From NCBI GenBank assembly GCA_051294905.1, contig CM119386.1:11098001-11162000 (forward strand): a DNA stretch of 64,000 nucleotides, in the 5' to 3' direction. A program made the position numbers and the translations under genes. Below, one piece after another: positions 13,926 to 26,239 of this stretch. The notes beneath the pieces are model-generated. The model worked only from the letters and a program-made list of their open reading frames with translations. It was not told the DNA's origin and made no database searches. The first letter of the stretch is position 1. Every line of letters starts with the position of its first letter. The DNA is from Botryllus schlosseri. Its lineage: Eukaryota.

Positions 13926-14058
13926 CAGGGGTCACCAACGCGGTGCCCGCTGGCTACCGGTAGCCCGCGATAACCAAATGAGTCGCCAGCGGTAGCCCGT
14001 CGCATTAATCAATACACAACAAGTATAGCTCTTGGTTTCAAGAAGTTGGTGACCCCTG
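13926..14058. mobile_element. Small hAT-type MITE (133 bp)
   Basis: TIR CAGGGGTCACCAAC / GTTGGTGACCCCTG. TSD CTATAAAG / CTGTAGAG (6/8). Confidence 0.8.
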
Positions 14059-14289
14059 CTGTAGAGTGTCGTAAATATTCACAAACTGAAAAGCTGAATA
14101 TTTCAATCAAACTTTTGTAACACGGCAAATAAAAGTTTTGAAATTGTCAAGGAGCATTTTAGTTTAGTCCTGAATTTTATTCCATGCTGCCAACGCTATT
14201 TGGAGAAACATCCAAAATTAAAATTAAAATAATTTCAACTGAAGATGTTGAAATAACTTGAAAAATTGTAATTTTTTCATAGCGTAGAA

Positions 14290-16293
14290 CAGGTCTGGGC
14301 AATTATTTTCCTCCGCGGGACAAATGAGAAAAATTAATAAGTTGGCGGGCCAAGTGAAAACATTTAGCTATATTCTCCAGTGTATTTTAATTTTATTTCC
14401 AAACTACAATGTTATTAAATGCTGTTCAGTGAATGTGTTGATATTAGGTAATAAGAAAGTGGCAGTTAATTAAAAAAATATATACCAGCTGTCATAATTC
14501 GAAACAATGTTAAACATGATACATTTTAGCTCTCTTTAAACCCCTATCCAATTTCTTATATTAAGATTCTAAAACAGTGGGTATCAACCTTTTTTAGATA
14601 CTAATCCCTTTATGATAGTGAACAATTTCGCGCCCACTTATCATGATATCGCAAAATATTAAAAAGTGCAACCAGTATGCTAGCAATCCCAACGGATAGT
14701 TTGACGGCATGGAAGATTATGACTGTTGATGAGAGAATGATGAAATATTAAACTCGGACAATACACAGAGCAACAACTATAAGCTGGGGGTATATCGCGC
14801 CGAGCGCGAAATTTTTTTTCAATAAACTTCGGCTTCGCGCCACCCTTCTGATGCTTTCACGTCTCCCAGTTCGAGAACCACTGCACTGAAATGTATATGC
14901 AATAATACAAAGCTTATTTTCTTGGTCACTGCCTTCCGAGCAGTGTACACTAGGGCTCTTCAAAAATGACTTTTTTTCTCAAATCGTACTGGCTACTTGA
15001 TAAAATTGTTAGGTTACCTAATTTAAGCCTACACACAAAATTTGGTCCAATTCCAGCCAGTAACCGCTTTGCTACAGGAGAAAAAAGTTTCTATATATTA
15101 TATAAAAATAAATAATAAAAATTTGAAAATTTTCTGTTCACCCCATGAAAGTGTTAGGCTGTCTATAGGAACGATGCTTGCCAAATTTGGTTCAATTCCA
15201 ACCAGTGGAAGCGGAGTTATTGCCGTCGAAAAATTTGGATTAGAATAAAATAGTATTTACGGTGACCGATTCTTTGTTTATTTATTATGGTTGTGCTCAC
15301 CGTAAATACTATTTTATTCGAATCCAAAATTTTCGACGGCAATAACTCCGCTTCCACTGGTTGGAATTGAACCAAATTTGGTGAGCATCGTTTCTATAGA
15401 GAGCCTAACACTTTCATGGGGTGAACAGGAAATTTTCAAATTTTTCATTATTTATTTTCATATAGTAAATAGAAACTTACTTCTCCTGTAGCAAAGCGGT
15501 TACTGGCTGGAATTGAACCAAATTTTGTGTGTAGGCTTAAATTAGGTAACCTAACAATTTTATCAAGTAGCCAGTACGATTTGAGAAAAAAAGTCATTTT
15601 TGAAGAGCCCTAGTGTACACTCTACAGGTTAAATATAGCCTTTATGTTGAGCGAAGCTTGCAGTTTTTCTGAACTTCGCCCTCCCTTGACAGAGTGTTTC
15701 GTGCTTATGTCATAAGACCGACTTTAATTAAAATCCTTAATCTCGGCGACATTATCGGCTGAAACTGAAAGGATGGGTGTACCCCTGACTCCAGTATGCG
15801 AATATTTAGTGCTCTAAATTCAAAACCTAATCCTTCTTTGAATTTCAGTTTTCGGCATGCCCGTTAACCCTTTATGGGTGATACATATGATGTCATATAG
15901 TAATCGCGAGTACTGATTGACTTGTTTTACGAATTAGGGATTTGGAAACATATCACGTCACAAATTGAAACACATACCGTATAATGCGTAATGTGACAAT
16001 GTCAGCAAGGAAGGTGTGAACTAAACTATATGGAAAGAGTGATTTCTTGTGACTTCAATTGCTACTCATACTTTGCCATATTGCCTTTATTTTGAATCTG
16101 GATTAAGCATGCCAGGTACGTAGGAATCGTAATCGTGGCATATTAATGAACAGGCTTCAAAGTAAACGAATTTCCTGTTCATTTGATAGAGCCTATGGTT
16201 TTACTCATTCAAAAAGCAAGTTTTATGTTTTGAATTCCAAGCAACCTTTCGCGGGCCGCATTTGGCCCGCGGGCCGCACTTTGCGCAGGTCTG
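14290..16293. mobile_element. Older hAT-type element carrying nested insertions
   Basis: Degenerate ends CAGGTCTGGGCAA / TTGCGCAGGTCTG. GCGGGCC motifs near both ends. TSD GCGTAGAA / GTGGAGAA (6/8). Confidence 0.55.
14951..15612. mobile_element. Foldback (almost fully palindromic) hAT-type MITE, 662 bp
   Basis: Arms 14951-15265 and 15297-15612 are near-perfect reverse complements around a 31-bp loop. Ends TAGGGCTC / GAGCCCTA. 8-bp TSD GTGTACAC. Confidence 0.93.
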
Positions 16294-16932
16294 GTGGAGA
16301 ACCTACGCTTACTAAGGTTCGTTTGCGAACGAGAACCGCCTAATTTCTGAGGATCTCATTCGCACACCTAACCCTAGTACGCAATACGCATGTCTGGTCT
16401 TTCCAGCCGGAGACGAGAGGTTACACTTAGCAAAGTATACGCTTGGCGTCAGAGACTGGAGCGAAATGTCCTGTCGTGATTTCATTATATGACATCTTTT
16501 TGGTACAATTCCATTAGTTGGGCTATTCTTCGGCCCGCAACGGGCTATATAATTCAAGGATAATCCGAGGATTATCAACGAAAAACTCAAATAACTCCGC
16601 TTCTACTAGTTGGAATTGTCTCAAATTTGTTTTTCATCGTCTTTGAAGATAGCTCAACAATTTCATGGGGTTGACAACAAAATTTGAAATTTTTTATAAA
16701 AATAAATTCAATTAAAATTTTTAATGGGATCTGCAGAGTCTTATACTTGTTGGAATTGAACCAAATTTGGTGTGCAGCGTTTTTTGGGATAACCTGACAA
16801 TTTAATGAGTGAATGGCGGGAATCCGGGAAAAAAAGTTATTTTTGAACAGCCCTACTCCACAGCCTTGGCGCCTCACCTGTCGTCAGGATGAGTGAACGA
16901 AGTGTGAAACCTGCAATTACTATTGGTATTTT

Positions 16933-17738
16933 CAGTGTTGGGATCAAGTCACTACCTTCGAGTCACGAGTCATTTCGAGTCATTGCACATTTTGACTCGA
17001 GTCAAGTCAAGTCACTCGATTTTTGGAGGTGACTCGAGTCAAGTCAAGTCGCTAGTCAAGTCACAATTCAAGTCAAGTTGCCTTTTTGAAGTATGAGGCA
17101 TGACTACGTCATTGCATTTTGCTAGCTGTCTGAAATACAGATTGAGTGGTCATTGATTCTGAACCAATGAACGAATATATAGTTAAATACACTCGCAAGA
17201 AAACGCTGCATCGCTCACTTATACAGTAAAACTGCTAAACTACGTAATTGCACACTGCACAGCCTCAGTTTATAGTTACCAGTCAAAATAGAGAATAGAG
17301 AAACAAGTTGATAAGATGCAACTCATTACCCATTTACAAGTTGGTGTGATACAATTCGAGACCAATGGTTGAGGACTATATAAACTATATTCGAATTCGA
17401 AGAGGTTTGGTTAAGGTAGGAACAGGGAACAGAAATAAACATTTTGCTATTAAATTACTTTACTATACTAGTTTCCGGTCAATTAATTTATGAGAGAACA
17501 AAAGAGGCTCAGTAAAACGCATGATCATTGGATGATTGGTCGCTCTCACGGGTTACACCAGCATTTTGCGAACAATCTGACCATATGCAAGATACAGTGA
17601 TTTTTATCTTCACCAACTACTCGATGACTTGAAATTGACTGGTGAATTTTGCTCCGAGTCACGAGTCAATCTATATTTCTGATACGCCGAGTCAAGTCAA
17701 GTCATTTTTGTAAAGTGACTCGAGTCATCCCAACACTG
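16933..17738. mobile_element. hAT-like element with CAAGT/GACTCGAGT subterminal arrays
   Basis: TIR CAGTGTTGGGAT / ATCCCAACACTG. Flanking direct repeat GTATTTT (7 bp, or 8 bp GGTATTTT if it overlaps the terminal G). Second copy at 28180-29120. Confidence 0.88.
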
Positions 17739-18168
17739 GTATTTTCTATCGATGTTTATGAATGACTGGATTTTGAACATTTTTCTCCCAAAATTAGGCG
17801 ATTTACATATTTATTGTTCGAAAATAAAGCCCTAAACGAGAGGTAAGGCACAGACGGGCTAAGCCGTACCATTGATAGCTTAGAATTTATAATAACTGAT
17901 ATTGATCGAATGTGACTGTCGCAATGACTCCGAAAATCTAAATACTGAACGACTTCTCAATTCTCGAAGTATTCCGCGGTAATAACATATAACGTTGCGT
18001 TACACGCCTACATTCTATCGCCGGTACTACAAAGCTGCTTACCAATCAAGAACGTGGAAACTGGATAGCAATGGCGCTGTTTGTATTTCGACTTTGTAAT
18101 TGTGCATGTCACTTCCACGGCAGTTCATTTTGCTCTGGAGATCAGGAAGACAATGTGTATTTAATAAC

Positions 18169-19815
18169 CAGAGGTGGTCAGTAACGAAGTACTTCTACTT
18201 TTTTGAAGTACTCAAGTAGTTTTCCGCTAATTGGGTACTTACTCAAGTAGATCTATTTTCCCGCTACATCTACATCGTAGTGTTTTGCAGAGGTGGTCAG
18301 TAACGAAGTACTTCTACTTTTTTAAGTACTCAAGTAGTTTTCCTCTACTTCTGGTACTTACTCAAGTAGATCCGATTGTCGCTACTTTTACTTCTACTTC
18401 GTAATAATTTGTGATCTACTTACTTACTTTTCGCTATTTTCAGTTTGTCACGTAGAAGTAGTTTAATCCTTCAATCAGGAAGATAGCCTGAGGAATTTCG
18501 GGGCTGTTTTCACGGAGTATCAAAATTTAATTTTCATAAAAGTTGAGTAAACCCCAGAATTTTCGTCGCGCTTCGCCCGCAATGGATACGGAGTAACCAG
18601 TGTATTTTCACAATAGTATCGGTGAATATAATATAGGTAGCGGGTTGGTGTGGTTCCGTTCACACCACATTGTCGCCCTTCGCCCATATGAAATAGTTCA
18701 TCACAGTATATATGCCTCATTATAATGTTTGAAACTGATTTTTCGCAATCTAGCATTTACTTATCATATCGTAATCTAGCATGTACATGGCCTGTCGTAA
18801 TCCGGAAGAGTGGACCCTGACTTTTTTTAGTTTTAGAGCTGTTTTAGCATATCACCTTTAAAAATTACTGGACGAAAGACATGAAATACATGTTCCACTT
18901 TTATAAGTAGTATTTATATTTATCTTTGAATTCCCAGTATGATATACTTTGAGTTCTAATTAATATCAGTTCTTTTGTCTGGATAACATACATGTATACA
19001 AGTATACAAGTATAAAAGCAAGTGTAGTAATGCCTTTAATTTCCGGAAATAAAGCTACACAATATGGCATTTTTATGGTCCACCATATTTTTTATTAGCG
19101 TTTACTAATCGCGCAAAGTGTTTACACCGTATCCTATACAATTTCTCCGTATTGCTCTTCGACTAAACTACGGGACTTATAATATGAGGGAGGGCGCCAT
19201 ACCATGGTATTTTCTAAAACATGCTGTTCGAGAAAACAGAGGATTAGTATCGCATTTCCATATCAATACTATCATTTTCATTCCATGATGCAGACGAATG
19301 CTTATGCTGTCGAAAATTGGATACCTCCTGGTATGCATCAATATGAATCAAGTTCGACACCTTTCGCATAGCTCAATTTGCACCTTTTGACAATCCATGT
19401 GAACGAATTAGGATCGTTTTCACAACTACTTACTTACTTGAGTAGATTTAAAGTCGGTCAGTTCTACTTCTACTTTAAGTATTCTTAGATTGCTTATCGA
19501 ATAAGTACTTGTACTCATACTTGAGTAGATTTTTTTTGTCGCTACTTCTACTTTTACTCGAGTAGCTTTCTTGACTACTTTGACCACCTCTGGTATTTTG
19601 TAATCTACTTACTTACTAATCGCTAGTTCAGTTTGTTAAGTAGAACTAGTTTAATCCTCCAATCAGAAAGATAGCCTGAGGAATCTCGAGGCTGTTTTCA
19701 CAGAGTATCAACACTCAATTTTCATAATAGTTGAGTAAAGCCCAGAATTTTCGTTGCGCTTCGCGCACAGTATACTGATATGATTTCACGAACATATCGG
19801 TGAATATATTATATT
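18169..19815. mobile_element. Truncated outer copy of the CAGAGGTGGTC family, split by a younger copy of the same family
   Basis: Left end CAGAGGTGGTCAGTAACG at 18169. The sequence resumes after 19600, matching the 18410-18620 portion of the inner copy. Right boundary is approximate. Confidence 0.7.
18288..19592. mobile_element. hAT-type element (CAGAGGTGGTC family), inverted relative to 9959-11219
   Basis: TIR CAGAGGTGGTCA / TGACCACCTCTG. TSD GTGTTTTG / GTATTTTG (7/8). Confidence 0.88.
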
Positions 19816-20310
19816 AATATAATTAATAATTATACATTCCAGTAGGCATAGTTCACCATTGACCATTTGGGCACGGTAATTGAAGCAGTGGGTCACCACG
19901 ACCAGGCATTACAGTGCGATGCTGATCCAACATTTGTCGGTTAATTAAAATATGTGAAAAAATGCATTCCAGGGCAACAGCTCACTAACCTATCCTATCC
20001 CCGCCCACGTGTCACGGACCGTGCACGACTAAATCCAACCGCCGTGTACTCTCGCGAGTGAATTCTATTAATCACAATACGAAAGATAGCCACAGAGAAG
20101 CTCTGTTTATTCCATCACATTTTACACAACCACGAAGTCGCCAGGCAGATGACGATATGGAATTTTCAGGGAGCCCAATTCGATTTTAACCATCCAGATA
20201 AATATTGGTTAGTAAAACCGTTTCTTCTCGCACGGGTGCAGGAACGTAAGGGTCAGATCAAGAGCCTGTGCATAGTAGGCTACCAATACGACGGAGAACA
20301 CAGAAGTATT

Positions 20311-22470
20311 TTACGGAAGTTCCCTGTCTTCCAGGTATCGGTATTCGAATGTAAATCCCTCTTTTTTCCGCTGTCCCCATTTCTCATAGTCAAAGTAAAT
20401 ATACGTCCCCTGTTCATATTCGTCCGTAATAGTTTTGGGTTCTTCGTGCCTCTGAAACCACATCATATACTTGGTGTGGAACCTCCATGATTGTTTTTTC
20501 AAAGCCTTCGCCGCCAAATACTGCGCCTGGCTCGCCTCCATGTAGTAAAATATAAAGAATAACGTCTCCGTCGATAGCCGGAGATAAAAATCGATAGAAT
20601 GATGATGCGGGAGCGGGGTCTGGTGATAATAGGCCGGTGTAGGACAAGGGTTGCGCGGTAAGTAATGCCGCAATCTCTCCGAGTCGGATGGGTGCGGCAT
20701 ATGCCTCCAAGACGCGTCGAGCATGGCTTGCTGATACACGTTGTCTTTTCCAAGGGGAATCGGCCCTAAAGGGGCTACACCTAACAACGGCGTCATTCTC
20801 GTTTCTCCCGAGCCTGCCGGTGTCTGTCGTGACAAATTAGACTGCGTCGTCGTTTTCTGCTCCGTCTTCGCGTCGCTGGAATTTAGCGACAAATTAGCCG
20901 TGGATACCGCGAGCGCGTTTGTGCCGTTGCTGTCGGCTTGTCCCAGGCGCGCGTTTTCCAACGCCTTTTCCGCGATCGTCTTCAGACTCGCAAAGCTGGC
21001 GTTGAGATAGTTCCCGTACTCTCCGTGATTGGAATTTTGCAAGTCTGCGATCAGCGGAGACAGAGACGGCTTCGCGTGCTGCGTCGCGTCGTCGGGACTC
21101 GAATTCGTGAAACCCCCGTTCGTCAGTACCGCAGATTCAGTAGTCGTGACTGGCCCGTCAACGGGCATCGGATTCGGAGTGGCAGCCGAAAGCATGTCAT
21201 TCACCGCATTCTGCGCTTCTGTGTTTGATTCCGACATAGACCCGGCGTTTGTCTGCGTCTTCCAAGACATAACCTTCTCCGAAGACTTTTGCAAGGCGTT
21301 GGTCAAATTTTTAATGGCCGCTCTGCGGTCGACCGAACTGGAATGTGATTCATTCGACGCTGGCGTGCTGTTGATGTGATTGTGTACTTGGCCGCTGGCG
21401 GCCGCTGCGTACGCCTGGTTTGTCGTTTTCGGGGCGGCTTTACTCGGCGTGGCGCCGGCCGACTGACTCCTGGACACGGATTTTGAGGAATTGGCTGTGG
21501 TGGTGGAATATGATATCGAGCCTTTTCTCGGCGACAGTATATCGTCTGATGTACCCGACCTGTTTCTAGACCGCGCCTCCGTGGCGTCCTCCTTACCGTT
21601 ATGACTCGACGTAGAAGAATGACTGCTAGCGGGCAAGGGCGATGTCGAAGATGTAACATCGGTCTTACCCGCCTCTTCCTCGTCTCCCTTCACAGAAGAG
21701 TTATTCGTCATACTGCTGTTGAGATTTTTCTCGACAGGCGATGTCGCCGGCATGATCGTCAACGCTAGCGCCTCGTCCAAATTCAAATCTTCGTACAGAA
21801 ACTCGTTTTCTTCAAAGTCCGGGTCCTCGCAGTACTCCGTGTAATACTCCAAATCGTCTTTCAAGTCGTTAATCCTGTCCGGCGTTATCGTCTGATTGTC
21901 GAGCATTCGCATCAGCATTTCCAGCTTGTTGATGTGGTAGTTGTGACGATCGACTAAGTTCTTAAGCTCTTCGTTTTGTTTCTGCTTGTCTCCGTCTCCT
22001 TTCTTCTTTCTTGAACTCAACGAGCTACTCTCTATTCTGCTCTCGAATATGTCCATCTGCAACCTGAGTTTGTCTATCGTCTGCTGCAACCACTGCCTCG
22101 TTTGCTCTCTCTCTTTCTGGGCGGGATCGATTTTCGCCGCGAGGCCTAGGCCTTCTTTTGAATACGCTTTGGTCTTCGTTTCCCGTTCTACGACTTTAAA
22201 ACGCTCCATTTGCGTTTCAATTAACTTTCGGTTTTCCAGTAACGATTTTTTGTCTTTGATGTCATTGGAAGCCGCCCACGTCTTGATTTGATCCCGTAAC
22301 CGCTGGAGTTTTTTAATTTCCTTTTTCAAATCGCTCTCGTATTTGTCTTTCTGATTCGTGTTGGCAGCGTTGTGCAGCTTCTGCCAGATGTCTTCGAACG
22401 TTTCGACGCCCTCCTGCACCTTCTTCAAACACCGGTCAATCTCGCTTTGTAATTTTCGTTTATCAGCCAT
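20311..22470 (-). CDS. CNOT3: CCR4-NOT transcription complex subunit 3 (719 aa, CDS without introns)
   Basis: N-terminal Not3 domain MADKRKLQSEIDRCLKKVQEGVETFEDIWQKLHNAANTNQKDKYESDLKKEIKKLQRLRDQIKTW. Low-complexity linker. C-terminal NOT box FFIFYYMEASQAQYLAAKALKKQSWRFHTKYMMWFQRHEEPK...RYLEDRELP. One uninterrupted ORF. Confidence 0.97.
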   Translation of the reverse strand: MADKRKLQSEIDRCLKKVQEGVETFEDIWQKLHNAANTNQKDKYESDLKKEIKKLQRLRDQIKTWAASNDIKDKKSLLENRKLIETQMERFKVVERETKTKAYSKEGLGLAAKIDPAQKEREQTRQWLQQTIDKLRLQMDIFESRIESSSLSSRKKKGDGDKQKQNEELKNLVDRHNYHINKLEMLMRMLDNQTITPDRINDLKDDLEYYTEYCEDPDFEENEFLYEDLNLDEALALTIMPATSPVEKNLNSSMTNNSSVKGDEEEAGKTDVTSSTSPLPASSHSSTSSHNGKEDATEARSRNRSGTSDDILSPRKGSISYSTTTANSSKSVSRSQSAGATPSKAAPKTTNQAYAAAASGQVHNHINSTPASNESHSSSVDRRAAIKNLTNALQKSSEKVMSWKTQTNAGSMSESNTEAQNAVNDMLSAATPNPMPVDGPVTTTESAVLTNGGFTNSSPDDATQHAKPSLSPLIADLQNSNHGEYGNYLNASFASLKTIAEKALENARLGQADSNGTNALAVSTANLSLNSSDAKTEQKTTTQSNLSRQTPAGSGETRMTPLLGVAPLGPIPLGKDNVYQQAMLDASWRHMPHPSDSERLRHYLPRNPCPTPAYYHQTPLPHHHSIDFYLRLSTETLFFIFYYMEASQAQYLAAKALKKQSWRFHTKYMMWFQRHEEPKTITDEYEQGTYIYFDYEKWGQRKKEGFTFEYRYLEDRELP

Positions 22471-23307
22471 GATTTAATCACTAGGCTAGTTGCAAACGCG
22501 GAGAAACAGAGACGTTTGTTACATCGTTAAAGCAAGCTGATTGAAACCATAAATTGGAACGTATTAATCAAGGTCACAGGATTACTTAAATTGCTGAAGC
22601 AAGAGAAATAGGCGTACTTCATGTGCGGAATACAATGGTAACAGTGTTTAAAAAGTTTCAGTAGAGTAAAATGCTTGAGATCAATATGTGTATGTTATGT
22701 AATGCAAATGCTATAGATTTAACAGTGAAACTACTGCCTCTCTTCAAGGGTTAGTTACAACATATCCTTAGCTTGGAAACTGTTACAGCCTACAAGACGG
22801 CTTGTGGTGTAACAGGTCTGAACCCATTTTGCATGACTAATAGAATTTCACCGTCTATGTTGAGGCCTGCTTACAGCGATCAATCAATTATCACATATTA
22901 GACACCAAAAACGTTACGTTTTTATATTCCATACATGGTCAACCAATGCCAGTAACATCAGTTACCTGTAACTTGTAAGAAATCTTTTGAATGATCTGTA
23001 TCACATACACATGCTACGACTTCAGTAATAATATCAACAACCAGACACTGGGCTATTAAGTGTAGGTGAAACTACTTGAAGCTTGTGATCGAGAGCAGTG
23101 CTTTTAAACCAGGTGTACCAGAATTCTCTAAGCATGAACCACTTCAATGGGGCGTGCCAGATACTGAGACCATGATTCACCGCAGCAGCAACGTTATGAC
23201 CTTTTTAGTCACGACAATGCTAGTATGAGCGAGGCTATGACGTTATTTTTTGTTACGGTACGGTACTAATTACCCACTCAGGGTCAATGTTGAACACTCC
23301 CCCTGGC

Positions 23308-23430
23308 CAGAGTGGAATTGGTGGCAACATCACGCAAAACCTTCTGTTCAATTACTTATTCATTCTATGCAGAAAAGCTCTCATCACGCAAGATTGATTT
23401 CAAAAAATGAACCGAGATTCCAAAGGGGCC
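23308..23430. repeat. ~120-bp interspersed repeat, inverted homolog at ~60130-60252; possible hAT transposase remnant
   Basis: CAGAGTGGAATTGGTGGCAACATCAC...GAACCGAGATTCCA is present in both places. The antisense frame reads (R/C)DVATNSTL, resembling the hAT DVxTRWNST motif without RW. Confidence 0.6.
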
Positions 23431-25635
23431 CCTGGACTGTGGTGTCTAACTTTGGTGTAAACGTTAAATGTTGTACAATTCAGAAAAAGGCACGAGGTCA
23501 TTATATTCCTACTAGGCATTTTGCATTCTTTCTCTTTAAATATATCAATGAGGCTTTCTCTAATATGTTATTCTATAACTTTGATATTCCTTCTGATACA
23601 GTCGTCTGTGTGTGGGGATGCAAAACATCAATATCGCAATAAACCATATATCGGTATTACAATATAACATCTATACCGCACTCTAAATAAGGAGAATAGT
23701 CAGAAACAGCAGTAAAGTTCATATTTTAAGTTGGTTGATGAAATTTACTAACGTTGGTTCCTGATGAGAGTCAGGTAAAATGCTCAGAGTGAAATATATT
23801 TGGCAATATGATTATATCGTTTGTTGCGAGATTAATCCGTCAATCAAAGTACATACAATTTCTTCTCACAGCAGTTGTTGTTATTCATGTACACTTTATA
23901 CACGAACAATCATGAATAACACATTTCCACAGAGATCACACAAATATCGATACACGACATGGTCTACTGCTTGGACCGCTAATTTGTGAAATTACTAATA
24001 GTTCACTGCTTGAGAAATGTCATTTCTATATCAAATGTTTTCATTCCAAATTCGAAATTCCCAGTTCAATCCAGAGAATTTCACACATTGATAAGGAAAA
24101 TGTCACGAATACAGTAACCTGAAAAATTCAAGTGTTACATTCTGATTGAATCATTAAGTGGGTTAAGTTACCTATAGATGTGAAAGAGAAGATTAACGCA
24201 ATCACCCTGTATGGAATCGGTGTCCTGTGCTCACACTGTTTTATTTTTCAATCACTTTTTATTAAATTATTTCAACTTGGAAAATCATCGCTGCTCACCT
24301 GATATATCAGGCAAAAAGGCCAGCGATTCCAATCAGGGCAATCACTAATCGTATCACATATCAGAATATTTATACTGCATTTATCTTTCCAACAAGTCAC
24401 ATTCCTTTTTTCAAATTGTACTATCATGGGTCTATAATTCCCGTAGTTATCACTAATTAAGAGACAATAACGATATACAATTCATGATTACGGTGTGTAC
24501 TGTACATATGTATTTGAGAGTTTTTGTTTTGATACTCTTAGTAAGGTCTGGTGGGGATCGCACACTCATTGCTATGCATAAATTGTCTGGAATGAACACA
24601 CTATTTCCGTACGCAACGACTATGGATAGTAACAAGCCCTTTCTAGATAAAAAAAACTCTTTAACATATATTATCCTCTTTCCATTTAATTGAATAGTCA
24701 TGACTGGATTGGAATTCGTTCAACTGTCCGCTCTTCATACAAGCTGTCTGAATATTTTACAGTTAAATTATCGATGCCAGCTAGCTGACCGCAATCTGCA
24801 TTGCTCTACGTGCACATTACCGCAGCAAAAGTCAAAATGCCTTGCAAGATGCGGCCCATCAGCGGTGCTAGAAAGTGGGTTCTTACAAGTTCTTTCCTTG
24901 CCTATGACTCGAGCGCCCACTTGTATCGGATATAGTTCATTCTTGTTCACTGATCGATTTCTACCTAGAGATATCATAATATTCTCTAATATTGCCTTCC
25001 CCTAAGTAGTACGTACATTTGAACAAATTTTATTCGTAGTACTTTTATTAAACAGATAAATAAATGCTGTATTTTTGCATAGCCCTATCCTGAAAAACTG
25101 TTTCCATGGTCCAGTACTCCATTATATTCGCCGGAGACCGTGTTGGATACAATATGCGCTCCTTTTGGAGGATTTGTCCTCCATTTTCTGGAAATCAAAA
25201 ACGTCCTACGATGACGCCTGACTGCTCTCTTATTTGGAAATCCGTTCTCATTTACAGCTTTGACAGCCAGTGCTTAGATTAAGAAAAACCAGGCCAGGGA
25301 AAAATGACGCGGAATCTACAATGTGGACGTTTGAGCGGGTCATTCGGGAGTAGCACTGAAAAAACCTTTTTAGTCGACACCACAGCAATATAGGTAAAAC
25401 GGGAGTCGAATAATCTGACTTTTATGATTTGTAAAAAGTGTCCTCAGGATTCCAACCCTAGTGTTGGACGCTGTCGAATGTCCATTACATTCAATGTGCG
25501 CAACTTGGTATTGTTTTTATATAAGATATTCTTGCCAATGTAGCATATTTTTACTCCATTCCGTGGTATTTTCCCTTGTAAATCCACCGCCATCGACTGA
25601 GTTTACTGGACCATAACCTGACACAGCAGTCTCAC

Positions 25636-26231
25636 CAGAGTGTCCTATATGGTGTCGACACAAGCAAATCTCACGCCTCAGTGAAATTGTATCACGTCAC
25701 AATTTCCATTTGGCTACCGGCAATTTGACGGTAATTTTTGACCGGCTTGCCGAGGATTAAATTTGGTAAAACGGGTATCAATCGAAAGCTGAATCTGCAC
25801 TGATTACGAAAATAAAAATTTTATTCCGCTCGTGGCCCTGGAACTCCCACAATCAGCCTCGAATTTTTCATTGTTATGGAGATTGGCATTGGGACGCAAC
25901 AATGCTGTCTGGCGAAACGAGAGAGTAGCTCAAGAGAAAAAGCGCCAGGCAGCATTGTTCAGCATTGTTGCGTCCCAATGCCAATCTCCATAACAATGAA
26001 AAATTCGAGGCTGATTGTGGGAGTTCCAGGGCCACGAGCGGAATAAAAATTTTATTTTCGTAATCAGTGCAGATTCAGCTTTCGATTGATACCCGTTTTA
26101 CCAAATTTAATCCTCGGCAAGCCGGTCAAAAATTACCGTCAAATTGCCGGTAGCCAAATGGAAATTGTGACGTGATACAATTTCACTGAGGCGTGAGATT
26201 TGGCTGTGTCGACACCATATAGGACACTATG
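25636..26231. mobile_element. Foldback element, family P1 (P/Galileo-like), 596 bp
   Basis: 272-bp arms (25636-25907, 25960-26231), near-perfect. Ends CA(G/T)AGTGTCCTATATGGTG. 7-bp TSD GTCTCAC. Confidence 0.88.
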
Positions 26232-26239
26232 GTCTCACG

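Larger units (their letters stand above)
11308..16376. mobile_element. Fragmented old relative of family A, expanded by nested insertions
   Basis: Left-end-like TAGGAATGGTTC...GTGTGAACG at 11308. Internal family-A homology at ~14070-14280. Right-end-like AAGGTTCGTTTGCGAAC...ACACCTAACCCTA ending at 16376. No clear TSD. Confidence 0.5.

Noticed and set aside
16957-17090. Regularly spaced CAAGT/GACTCGAGT repeats (also 28200-28370) resembling an array such as CRISPR
   Set aside because: There are no unique spacers. They are subterminal transposase-binding repeats at both ends of a TIR element in a eukaryote.
16933-17745. 7-bp flank repeat suggesting the CAAGT-array element is also P-like
   Set aside because: The ends (CAGTGTTGGG) are hAT-like and do not fit CANRG. 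An 8-bp TSD overlapping the terminal G explains it equally well, and the second copy's junction is eroded.
20414-22291. Overlapping ORFs on both strands within CNOT3 (and similarly within TBCD and the 41.4-42.8 kb ORF)
   Set aside because: Shadow ORFs from codon bias of the real coding frame, with no independent motifs.
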